This document shows positions 7,460 to 15,834 of a stretch of 29,836 nt of DNA, in pieces. The position numbers and the translations under genes are program-made. Origin of the DNA: Myxococcales bacterium (GTDB lineage: Bacteria > Myxococcota_A > Polyangia > Polyangiales > Polyangiaceae). Under the pieces are notes generated by a model. The model was not told where the DNA came from. It worked only from the letters and a program-made list of their open reading frames with translations, and did no database searches. Within the stretch, counting starts at the first letter, position 1. Every line of letters begins with the position of its first letter. The DNA lies in contig JAYTOU010000054.1 in NCBI GenBank assembly GCA_043747615.1, positions 1 to 29,836 of the forward strand, in the 5' to 3' direction.

Positions 7460-7630
7460 TCACCCATGGCGGTCACGCTCGGGAACGCGCTCGACGCGCA
7501 CAAGGCGCGCGCCATCGAAGCACGGCACGCGGGAGATGATGCCCTCGAGATTCTCGGCCTCGTCGGCTACGATGGAGAGCTCCTCGACCGCCGGATCGGT
7601 GTCGATTTGGAAAGTGATGAGCGCCCTCAC
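7460..7630 (-). CDS. Hypothetical acidic micro-protein, 56 aa (MRALITFQIDTDPAVEELSIVADEAENLEGIISRVPCFDGARLVRVERVPERDRHG)
   Basis: Read by hand: GTG start with GAGGTG upstream; GC-rich third codon positions; not in the ORF track. Confidence 0.6.
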   Translation of the reverse strand: MRALITFQIDTDPAVEELSIVADEAENLEGIISRVPCFDGARLVRVERVPERDRHG

Positions 7631-7842
7631 GACATCACCTCGGCCGGCTCGCCAGTCAGGTGTTCAATGATGCTTTCGTCCTCCCAATCAATCGCCGAAG
7701 ATTGGGGCACGCGTGAAAAGTCACCGCGAGTCCAATCACGAGAATGCGCGAGGAAAAGAGGCGGTGTAGCGAGGGCTCGCGCGATCCACGAAACCGAATC
7801 AAGTTGGCGCGGAGACTCGCTTTTCTCGGTTAGAGCATCACC

Positions 7843-7887
7843 CTTCGAAGCCGAATGTCGTCTGTTCGAATCAGACCGGGCGTACCA
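7843..7887 (+). other. Displaced 3' half of tRNA-Arg(TCG), putative attR
   Basis: Anticodon loop CTTCGAA, 3' anticodon stem GCCGA, variable loop ATGTC, T-arm GTCTG-TTCGAAT-CAGAC, acceptor strand CGGGCGT, A, CCA. No matching 5' acceptor or anticodon strand upstream. Confidence 0.85.
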
Positions 7888-7993
7888 GTTCAAGAAGTCC
7901 ATCCCGCGAGTGCCGGGAACGCTAGGAAGGGCACGACTTCGTTGCAGCGCGTGCGCCGCGCTCCACCACCAGCTCGTCGGATCTGCTACTCTC

Positions 7994-8866
7994 ATGCAGG
8001 TGAGGAGGACGCCCGTTCGGTGGCTTGCGGCCGCGTTCGGCTCGGCCTTCGCGCTCGCGGCTTGCTCGCTGCTCGTTTCGCCCAACGACTACGTCGGAGC
8101 CCGGCCCGGTCCCTTCGCCGATGCCAGCCTGTCCGAGGCCTCGGTCGACGCGAAGGCCGATGACAACGCGCTCGCCAATATCCCCGGGCCGCTCTTCGTC
8201 TACTACCGTTTCGAGGGCAATGCTTTCGACTCGTCCGGCAACGGGCGCGACGGACTGCAGGGAGGGGCCACCTCCTCGGTCGACGCCGGTGGCGTGGTGG
8301 GAAGCGCGCTTGCGTGCATGGCACAAGGTGATCGCGTTCTCATCGGAGGCGACTTTCGACCGGGAACGTCGAGCTTCACGCTCGCCCTCTTTTACCGCGT
8401 CGCAATGATCGATGGCGGGGCTGCCCGCACGTACAACTCTCTCCTCGTGAAGGGGAGCGCCTGGGAAGACTCGACCAACACGTCGCCCGGCCTGGGCCTC
8501 GGTTACAACGATCTCGACCACAATGTGGAGGGCTTCATTCGCGACGGGATCACCGGACATACGTGGGTCGTGACCCATGCCGCCGCATCGGCGTCAGTCC
8601 CGCTTCGCGACGGAAATTTTCACCATCTCGCCCTCGTCGTCGATCGCGATGCGAGCCCTGCGCAGGTGTCGCTCTACGTTGACGGTGTCATTCGCGATCT
8701 CACCAATATTCCCGCGGGCTACGGCCCAGTCGACTCGACGGACACCGGCAAGCTGTGCACCGAAGCGGCCTCGCAGATCGAGCTCGACGGCGCTCTCGAC
8801 GAGGTGATGATCGTTAGCCGCGCACTCGCCGCGGGCGAGATCGTCGCGCTCGCAGCCCGCCGCTGA
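7994..8866 (+). CDS. LamG/concanavalin-A-like domain lipoprotein
   Basis: Lipobox LAAC; YYRFEGNAFDSSGNG, SFTLALF, DGNFHHLALV, LYVDG, DGALDEVMIVSRAL. Start at ATG 7994; the track's N-terminal extension crosses the att site and is spurious. Confidence 0.85.
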   Translation: MQVRRTPVRWLAAAFGSAFALAACSLLVSPNDYVGARPGPFADASLSEASVDAKADDNALANIPGPLFVYYRFEGNAFDSSGNGRDGLQGGATSSVDAGGVVGSALACMAQGDRVLIGGDFRPGTSSFTLALFYRVAMIDGGAARTYNSLLVKGSAWEDSTNTSPGLGLGYNDLDHNVEGFIRDGITGHTWVVTHAAASASVPLRDGNFHHLALVVDRDASPAQVSLYVDGVIRDLTNIPAGYGPVDSTDTGKLCTEAASQIELDGALDEVMIVSRALAAGEIVALAARR

Positions 8867-8869
8867 TCT

Positions 8870-9805
8870 TCAGCGGGCCCACGTGTAACCTGCGAAAACG
8901 CCGCGAGGGTCGAACGAAAGGCTCGGGCCGGATGCAGTCGCCGTCGTGGTGAAGCGCTCGCGCCGGGTGACGACGACGATGAGAGCGGCCACGACTGATG
9001 CCGCGCCGACGCCAAATCCGAGGTCGGCGAGGATCAGCTTTCGATGCACGGAGTCTGCGTCGCGCTGCGCGCAGTAGGGGCTGCATTTTTTCAAGCTTTG
9101 CAGACCCGGATCGCCGTAGAGACCCGAGAGCCCAAAGTAACCCCAGACTGCGAGCCCCGCGACGGCGCCAGCCCCGAGCGGATAGACCGCAGTTGGAATC
9201 GGGCGTGTTGCGGCGGGCTTGCTTTCGGCCGCATTTTTCACGATCGGCTTTGCGTCGAGCGCTTGCGATAAAGCCAGCGGACGCACGTCGAGCGTCGCGC
9301 TCGGATCGACCCGGAGGATCTTGCGATTGACGTGACCGTTCACCGTGAGCTCGACGACGTGATCTCCGGCGACGACCCACTGCGGTGTCTCGTTCGGCGT
9401 ATCCCGCTCGTCGATCCGGGCGGAGCAGGACGCCCCGTCCGGGCAGCGAACGATGATGCGACCGGTGCGATTCCGGAAGCGCGCCCTGGCCTCCTTTGCG
9501 ACGGCAGAGTTGATGCCGCGCGCGTCGGCGCGATCGGCCAGGGTCATCGACAGGACCCCGGCATCGGCGCGTACCGCAGCACGGAGGGCAAGCTCGAGCA
9601 CCATCGGGTTGGGCGCGAGCTCGTCAGCGCGCGCGAAGTGATCCGCCGCCGCCGCATAGTGGTTCGCCTCGAGATCGGAGGAGCCCTCCTCGTACTCCGA
9701 GCGCGCGACGTCCACCGTCCCCTCGGCGTGCGCGAACGACGTGCTCGACGCTAAGGCGACCACCGTGATGAGCGGTGCAATTCGCAGGCGCATGCTATTT
9801 TGCAT
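8870..9805 (-). CDS. Secreted/membrane TPR-like (PEGA-like) protein typical of myxobacterial kinase operons
   Basis: Signal peptide, ARSEYEEG...YAAAADHFARADELAP TPR-like helices, a beta-rich middle, two hydrophobic segments, and a C-terminal GVFAGYTW. Confidence 0.7.
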   Translation of the reverse strand: MQNSMRLRIAPLITVVALASSTSFAHAEGTVDVARSEYEEGSSDLEANHYAAAADHFARADELAPNPMVLELALRAAVRADAGVLSMTLADRADARGINSAVAKEARARFRNRTGRIIVRCPDGASCSARIDERDTPNETPQWVVAGDHVVELTVNGHVNRKILRVDPSATLDVRPLALSQALDAKPIVKNAAESKPAATRPIPTAVYPLGAGAVAGLAVWGYFGLSGLYGDPGLQSLKKCSPYCAQRDADSVHRKLILADLGFGVGAASVVAALIVVVTRRERFTTTATASGPSLSFDPRGVFAGYTWAR

Positions 9806-11233
9806 TCAATACGGATTCGGCGGCGCACGTAGCCGCGAGTTACCTGCCGCCTTGGTGGGTGGAGAGCGGCTCGGGCGCGCTCGATTCGGGCTTGGTTCCG
9901 GGGCAGCGGGGATGGCCACCGGCGTAGCCTCGGGCGCGGGCATCGTGACGAGCGCGTCGGTCGGCTTCGCTTCCGCTGCGATCCCGCTTGGCACGGCCGC
10001 GTCGTATGGAGGATGACGGGCGAAATGCACCCATGATCCGCCGAGACCGATCGTCACCAGCAAGAACGTGCCCGCGGCGAGAACGAGCCGGCGTGGGCGA
10101 CGCGCGCGCGGAGGAGGAAGCGCCACGGTGAAATCGACGACCACCGTCTCGGATCGAAACGTCGCTTCGTTCGCCCGTGGCGCATCCCGCAACCCGGTGT
10201 CGTCGGACAATGCCGCGACGACAGCGCTCCGCCGCTCCGCGATCTCTTCGCTCGCGAGCGCCTCGAGCCACGCCGCAACCTCTTCGTGCGTCGCCACGAG
10301 AGAGGCTTCACGCGATGCTTCTCCGAGCGCGGCAGCGAACGCTCGTGCCGTCGGATAGCGCTCGTTCACGCTTCGAGCGAGCGCACGGCCGACGACCGCG
10401 TCAAGCGCGTTACCGAGCGAGGGTGCGTGCTCTGACGGCGGAGGTGCCGTGCCTGCCGCGATCAGGCGGAGCACGCCGACCTCGTTCGCGGCTTCGAAGG
10501 GCCGCTTCCCGACGAGTGCTTCCCAGAGAACGACCCCGAGCGCGAAGACGTCTCCGCGCGCGTCTTGCGTACCGAGCACCACGTACTCGGGGGACATATA
10601 GTTCACTTTGCCCTTCAAAAGCCCGGTGTCCGTCGCCGTCGCATCTGAAGACGTGAGCTTGGCAATTCCGAAATCCGCCACCCGCGCGACGCCGTCGACG
10701 CGCACCAAAATATTCTGCGGCGATACGTCGCGATGGACGACTCCCGCGGGCGATCCGTGCGCGTCGGTGAGCTCGTGCGCTTCGGCAAGCCCCGCACAGG
10801 CATCGAGCACGATGCGCACGGCAATCGGCGCGGGCATCGGCTTTCCGGCATTCGCACCGAGCTTGAGCAAACCGGAGAGCGAAGCGCCCTCCACGTAGTC
10901 CATGACGAGAAGAAGATCGTCGTCGCACTCTTCGAGCTCTCGAATCCCGACGACGTTGGGGTGATGCATCCGCGCGAGGAGATACGCCTCGGTGGCGAGG
11001 GCCTTCGCGAACGTCGGGTTGTCGAGCAGGTGGGGGTGACTGCGTTTGATCGCCACGAGCTCTTGCGACGCGTCGGCCCGGCGAACGCCGACGTACACGC
11101 TCGCCATGCCTCCCGATGCGACCCGCAAAAGCAGACGGTACGCCGAGCCCCGCGGCTCGGTGAGCTCGCGATCGCGACGGCGGAGGGCCAGCGTCTTCGG
11201 CGATGTACGATCGACTGCCTCGGTCCGCGCCAT
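9806..11233 (-). CDS. Hanks-type serine/threonine protein kinase with a transmembrane helix
   Basis: SGGMASVY, VAIK, HRDVSPQNIL, DFGIAK, GKVNYMSPE, DVFALG; TM segment and Pro-rich tail. Confidence 0.95.
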   Translation of the reverse strand: MARTEAVDRTSPKTLALRRRDRELTEPRGSAYRLLLRVASGGMASVYVGVRRADASQELVAIKRSHPHLLDNPTFAKALATEAYLLARMHHPNVVGIRELEECDDDLLLVMDYVEGASLSGLLKLGANAGKPMPAPIAVRIVLDACAGLAEAHELTDAHGSPAGVVHRDVSPQNILVRVDGVARVADFGIAKLTSSDATATDTGLLKGKVNYMSPEYVVLGTQDARGDVFALGVVLWEALVGKRPFEAANEVGVLRLIAAGTAPPPSEHAPSLGNALDAVVGRALARSVNERYPTARAFAAALGEASREASLVATHEEVAAWLEALASEEIAERRSAVVAALSDDTGLRDAPRANEATFRSETVVVDFTVALPPPRARRPRRLVLAAGTFLLVTIGLGGSWVHFARHPPYDAAVPSGIAAEAKPTDALVTMPAPEATPVAIPAAPEPSPNRARPSRSPPTKAAGNSRLRAPPNPY

Positions 11234-11256
11234 CGTGGTTCATTCTACCAGATCGC

Positions 11257-12612
11257 TTACTTGCCGCCTTCGGAGCCCGCTTTATTGAGGCCGTAGCGCG
11301 CGAGCAGCTTTCCGAGATACGAGCGATCGAGGCCTGCCATCTGCGCGGCGACTGTTTGATGCCCGCGCGTATGCGTCATCAACGCCTGCAAGTAGAGCCG
11401 CGTGAAGCGCTCGCCGAGATCATCTTTCTGCTCGGCGTACATCCGACGAACGTCGATGGCCTCGGTCATCGCCTGTTCGAGCTTTGCCTCGGTGGGATTG
11501 GTGAGCCCGGGCACCCGCCCGATGGCCGCGTACGATTGGATTGCGTTGCGGAGCTCCCGCACATTTCCTGGCCACGGACGCGCGACCAGCTGCTCGATGA
11601 GCTCGGGGGGAAGCGCCGGAAGGCCGGCGGCAATGGCCAAGGCCTCGGCGAGCGGACGAATGTCCTCGGTGCGCTCGCGGAGTGGCGGAACCCGCAAGGT
11701 GACGACGGCGAGGCGGTAGTAGAGATCGCTCCGAAAACGCCCGGCCCGCACCTCTTCTTCGAGATCGCGGTTGGTGGCGGCGATCACCCGCACGCGCACC
11801 TGCCTGTTGGTATCGCCACCGACGGGGCGCACCTCTCCCGATTCGAGCACGCGGAGCATCATCGGCTGCACGTCGAGCGGGAGCTCGCCGATTTCGTCGA
11901 GAAAGAGCGTGCCGCCGTCAGCGCTCTCGAAGGCGCCTTTTCGCGCTTCCATCGCGCCGGTGAATGCCCCGCGCTTGTGACCGAAGAGCTCGCTTGCGAC
12001 GAGCTCGCGCGGGAAGGCACCGCAGTTGATGACGCCCATCGGTCCGCCTGAGACCTGCGAGCCTTGATGGATGGCGTGGGCGATCAGTTCTTTTCCGACG
12101 CCCGAATCGCCGGTGACGAGAACGTTCACGAGCGAGCCGTCGAGTCGCGAAAGCAGCGTGAACAATTTTCGCATCGCGAGGGACGCGCCGATGATTCCGC
12201 GGAACGTGGTGTCCGGATGCACGATGTCGGAGCCGAGGTCTTCGGTGTCGGCATCAACCGCTATCTCAGCAGAGCCAAAGCGAATGTGCACGCCGAGGCC
12301 GAGGACCATGCGCTCGAAGCGGTGCCCGAGATAGAAGCTGCCGTTGCGACTTCCTAGATCGCGGATGCTGACCCCTTCGTGCACGAGCTCGACCTCTGCG
12401 TGGGCGCGCGAAACGGTAGCGTCGGGAATGCACAGGTCACAGGTCGGCGCGGAGCCGATGGTGCACGTCCCTGAGGCAAGTCGCAGCGTACCGGCCTTCG
12501 TCGCGGGGGAAATCACCCGCAAAACCGCGCCGAGGGGACGCGGCGGCGGACGCGAGATCATCGGCGCCGTGGGCTGCTCCATGCGCGGGGGACGGCTATT
12601 GCGCGTGGCCAA
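11257..12612 (-). CDS. FHA-domain sigma54-dependent enhancer-binding protein (Fis-type HTH)
   Basis: FHA (IGS...VSRAH...DLGSRNG), [41 protein letters not shown]-terminal HTH. Confidence 0.95.
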   Translation of the reverse strand: MATRNSRPPRMEQPTAPMISRPPPRPLGAVLRVISPATKAGTLRLASGTCTIGSAPTCDLCIPDATVSRAHAEVELVHEGVSIRDLGSRNGSFYLGHRFERMVLGLGVHIRFGSAEIAVDADTEDLGSDIVHPDTTFRGIIGASLAMRKLFTLLSRLDGSLVNVLVTGDSGVGKELIAHAIHQGSQVSGGPMGVINCGAFPRELVASELFGHKRGAFTGAMEARKGAFESADGGTLFLDEIGELPLDVQPMMLRVLESGEVRPVGGDTNRQVRVRVIAATNRDLEEEVRAGRFRSDLYYRLAVVTLRVPPLRERTEDIRPLAEALAIAAGLPALPPELIEQLVARPWPGNVRELRNAIQSYAAIGRVPGLTNPTEAKLEQAMTEAIDVRRMYAEQKDDLGERFTRLYLQALMTHTRGHQTVAAQMAGLDRSYLGKLLARYGLNKAGSEGGK

Positions 12613-12705
12613 AGTGCATCAGCATAGGCGGGACTCGGATCCTCGAAAAGAGGACTCGAGTCCGCTTTCGCGCCGACGCTTGCTCGATTTCAGCGATTTT
12701 CGCGG

Positions 12706-12721
12706 TGGCACACTCGGTGCG
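12706..12721 (+). promoter_or_regulatory. Sigma54 -24/-12 promoter for the GH71 gene
   Basis: TGGCACACTCGGTGCG has GG-N10-GC spacing; GGAGG ribosome-binding site and ATG 12779 lie downstream. Confidence 0.65.
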
Positions 12722-12778
12722 ATGAGCCTCGTCGGGCGGGTCGAGTGCGACCCGTGCCGAACCTAACCGGAGGCCAGC

Positions 12779-14833
12779 ATGGCGAAGAAGCTCAAGTTGA
12801 AGGTAAGTGCGCGCATCGCAGCACTCGGCGCAGTCTCGATCGTCGGCGCTCTCGTCGCGCCTGGTTGCTCGGCGAGAAATCCGGACGAACCGCAAGGCTC
12901 ACGGTCCGATGCGGTTGGCACCGAGAGCACGAATTGCTCGGCCCTAACCTCCGCGAGCGGATCGATCATCGACGCGACGGGGAGCGCGTGGACGCTCACC
13001 GGCGCGACGGGAAAATTGGTGGTCGACGTCAACGGCGCCGCCGCAGGCTTCACGGCCAGCGTGACAAAGCTCTTTTATGCGAAGCGCGTGGTCTACCAGG
13101 AGAATGCCGCGGGAGGCTGGTGGTCGTGGTCGGCCGGAGCCTGGCAGGTTGCCGCGGATCCGACCCTCGATTGCCACGCCGCGTCCGCCAGCGGCACGAC
13201 AATACCGCCCGCCGCGCAGATCTACGATGCCGCCGGCAACGCGTGGTCGGTGACGAGCGGCGCGGTGTACGAAAATGGCGCGGCCGCAGGCCTCACGGCG
13301 GGCGTCAGTCTTCTCCTCTATTTCAACGGCGTGATTTACCAAGAGAACACCGCAGGAAATTGGTGGTCGTGGAGCAGCTCGGGCACGTGGGCCGCGGCCT
13401 CGGGTGATCCGCGCGGCGTAGTCGATCTGAATCCGACCTCGTGCTTGCCGTTCGCGATGCCGTCGCAGACCACGCTCTTCGGGTCGGGGAAGAAGGTGTT
13501 CGCGCACTACTTTTACCCGTTCCCCGCGTCGCTCGACAACAAGGCCTCGAGCGCCGACTACTACAACGCGAATTATCTTTCGCCGAGCGGTGAAGCGAAC
13601 AAGTGGAAGGGCAACGGCGGGTTTCTCCGCCAGCGCCCGCTCTCGGTCACGGTGGACCCGAGTACGAGCTGGAAGATCGACAACATGAAGAAGGAGATCC
13701 GCTTGGCGATGGCCGCAGGAATCACCGGCTTCACCGTCGACGTGATGAACGCGAGCCAAGCCAACGCCGGAAGTCAGCTGCAAGATCTCCTTACCGCCGC
13801 GGCCGCCGTTGACCCACGTTTCAAGATCATGGTGATGCCGGATCTGTCCGCGCTCGGTACGGATGCCGCGGCCGTCGAGGCGATCGTCACCTCGGTCGCG
13901 AACAATCCTGCGGCCTACAAGCTCGCCGATGGCAGGCTCGTCGTCTCCGCGTTCAACGCGAGCCTCGGCTCGGTGAGCTGGTGGCAGACGGTGCTCGCAT
14001 CGCTCGACGCGAAGGGCATCCACACGGCGTTCGTCCCGGTATTTCTTGGCTGGGCGTCGCGTGCGGCCTCCTATGCGCCGATCAGCTACGGCCTCAGCGA
14101 TTGGGGAACGGCAACGCCGACTGCGGCAGCGGCCATGGAGACCTGGCCGGCGACGTCGCACGGCTACGGGAAGATCTTCATGACCCCCGTCGATCCGCAG
14201 CAGTACCGCCCGAAGAATTTCCTCTTCTGGGAAGCGGGCAACAGCCTGGCCTTCCGCAACGGTTGGACGAGCGCGATCGCCGGCGGCGCCGACTGGGTGC
14301 AGCTCGTCACGTGGAACGACTTTTCCGAATCGAGCCAGATCGCGCCCTACACCGACACGACGCTCGCGAAGGACATCGGCACCGGCTACTACAACTTGAA
14401 CGCCTACTACGCGTCGTGGTTCCTCACCGGCCAGGCGCCCAAGCTCACGAAGGACGTGCTTTACTATTTCTATCGACGTGAGCCCACGAGCGCGGCAGCT
14501 CCCGCGCAGACCTCGGCCACCACGGCGGTGGGCGCGGCCGGTGAGAACGACATCGAGCTGCTCGGCTTCCTCACCGCACCCGGCACGCTGAGCATCACCA
14601 TCAACGGTCACACCACGTCGATGAATGCACCGGCGGGAGTCACTTCGTTCAAGGTCCCTCTCCAGGCCGGAACGCCCACGTTCACACTCGCACGCAACGG
14701 CGTGAATGCCGTGTCGTTCCAGGGCGGAATCCAAGTGTACGGCACGAGCGGCCTTCCGTCGGGCACGCTCGATCTCACGTACTGGAGCGGCAGCGCGTCG
14801 GCGCACGGGGTCTGCGAGATTTCGATTCCTTGA
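12779..14833 (+). CDS. Glycoside hydrolase family 71 (alpha-1,3-glucanase-like) lipoprotein with two N-terminal Trp-rich repeats
   Basis: KKVFAHYF, EIRLAMAAGITGFTVD and WVQLVTWNDFSESS GH71-type motifs; signal peptide ending APGC. Confidence 0.82.
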   Translation: MAKKLKLKVSARIAALGAVSIVGALVAPGCSARNPDEPQGSRSDAVGTESTNCSALTSASGSIIDATGSAWTLTGATGKLVVDVNGAAAGFTASVTKLFYAKRVVYQENAAGGWWSWSAGAWQVAADPTLDCHAASASGTTIPPAAQIYDAAGNAWSVTSGAVYENGAAAGLTAGVSLLLYFNGVIYQENTAGNWWSWSSSGTWAAASGDPRGVVDLNPTSCLPFAMPSQTTLFGSGKKVFAHYFYPFPASLDNKASSADYYNANYLSPSGEANKWKGNGGFLRQRPLSVTVDPSTSWKIDNMKKEIRLAMAAGITGFTVDVMNASQANAGSQLQDLLTAAAAVDPRFKIMVMPDLSALGTDAAAVEAIVTSVANNPAAYKLADGRLVVSAFNASLGSVSWWQTVLASLDAKGIHTAFVPVFLGWASRAASYAPISYGLSDWGTATPTAAAAMETWPATSHGYGKIFMTPVDPQQYRPKNFLFWEAGNSLAFRNGWTSAIAGGADWVQLVTWNDFSESSQIAPYTDTTLAKDIGTGYYNLNAYYASWFLTGQAPKLTKDVLYYFYRREPTSAAAPAQTSATTAVGAAGENDIELLGFLTAPGTLSITINGHTTSMNAPAGVTSFKVPLQAGTPTFTLARNGVNAVSFQGGIQVYGTSGLPSGTLDLTYWSGSASAHGVCEISIP
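12949..13411 (+). repeat. Two tandem ~75-aa repeats inside the GH71 protein
   Basis: Both copies read SASG..I.DA.G.AW....NGAAAG.TA.V..L.Y....YQEN.AG.WWSWS..G.W....DP. Confidence 0.85.
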
Positions 14834-14875
14834 TGCGTGAGGGGCGTTGGTTCGCTTTCCCTTTCAGCGAGACCT

Positions 14876-15679
14876 CTAACGGAGGCGGAGGTGGGTAAGG
14901 ATCAACCGACGCATCCCTTCGTAGAAGCGTCCGCCGCCGGATCGAGGGATGTTCCCGATCACGTACCCGAGCAGCTGGCCATCGACGGTCAAGGTCGCCA
15001 CGTGGGGCGCGTGGCTCTCCACGCGGAGGGATTTAGGCCACGGCGGTCGGCTGCGCAGTGCGGCGTCCATGCGCTGCTTCTGCGACGCATCGATCGCCGG
15101 GTCCTTCAGCGCGTCCTCGAGCAGCCGCTTCTCTTCGTCGTCTCCCATGGATTGTTCGAATGCGAAGTCGACCGGGCCGAGCGAGGCACCGCCTGCGGCA
15201 CCCGAGGCGAGGGTAGGGAGCGCGGGCTGCAAGAGCTCCGTCGCGGATGGGCCGAGGGCAACGACGACCACCGGAACGAAGCTGTCTTCGTGCGCTTCGT
15301 CTTTCGGCGCCACCCCAAGGAAGACGAGGTGGCTCCCGCCGAGGACGTCGTCCGCCGCGGCATGGCGGCTGCCGATAGTCATCGCAGCCTCCGCGTCTCT
15401 GCCTGCTTCAAAGCGGCGGGCCTTCCAGAGATCGGGACGCGCAGTCGCAAACGCGTGGAGCGGCAGGCCGAGGTGCCAGCCGCCAATCGCATAGTCTTCT
15501 CCCTTCGGAGCGCCGCGCACCACACGCTCGCTACCGGCCTGGGGCACGCCACTCACCGGACCAGACGCGCAGCCGAGAAAGAGAACGCTCGAGAGCGCGA
15601 GCCCGACGGCAGTTCGCGCCGCCGAGAGCGCGGCAATGGGTGCACGAGCGATGGGCACGCTGGGAGCTGAAGTTTGCAT
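14876..15679 (-). CDS. Hypothetical lipoprotein
   Basis: Hydrophobic leader ending FLGC; protein-like composition; exact start uncertain. Confidence 0.6.
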   Translation of the reverse strand: MQTSAPSVPIARAPIAALSAARTAVGLALSSVLFLGCASGPVSGVPQAGSERVVRGAPKGEDYAIGGWHLGLPLHAFATARPDLWKARRFEAGRDAEAAMTIGSRHAAADDVLGGSHLVFLGVAPKDEAHEDSFVPVVVVALGPSATELLQPALPTLASGAAGGASLGPVDFAFEQSMGDDEEKRLLEDALKDPAIDASQKQRMDAALRSRPPWPKSLRVESHAPHVATLTVDGQLLGYVIGNIPRSGGGRFYEGMRRLILTHLRLR

Positions 15680-15834
15680 GGGTGAAAAGAATTAACCACG
15701 CCTCGTACCATGCGTCGAGCAGAGGAGATCGTCGAGTTTCCCCGGCGATCCCGCACGCGCGCAACGACCTGCCTGGGCGGGGGACGTTGAGCTCGCGCTA
15801 CGTGCCGGTGCGCCCAAGTCGTAAGTAGCCAAGG

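Larger units (their letters stand above)
1..7887 (-). mobile_element. Integrated phage-satellite-like/prophage-like element (right portion; left end outside the window), inserted at a tRNA-Arg(TCG) gene
   Basis: Co-directional, translationally coupled cluster of primase, VapE helicase, ERCC4 nuclease, Xis-like and Cro-like HTH genes. It stops at an isolated tRNA 3' fragment, after which typical host genes begin. Confidence 0.85.

Noticed and set aside
7810..7887. Intact tRNA-Arg gene
   Set aside because: There is no 5' acceptor strand complementary to CGGGCGT and the anticodon stem is mismatched; only the 3' half is intact.
7929..7946. GGCACG...TTGCA sigma54-like motif upstream of the LamG gene
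   Set aside because: GG-to-GC spacing is 12 nt rather than the required 10.
7241..7993. N-terminal 250 aa of the 541-aa plus-strand ORF
   Set aside because: It is the antisense shadow of element genes and crosses the att site; the real lipoprotein signal starts at 7994.
12944..14806. 620-aa minus-strand ORF and similar long antisense ORFs (for example 16022..16954, 26898..28391)
   Set aside because: They are shadows of genuine high-GC genes on the opposite strand, are Arg/Ala-rich and show no motifs.
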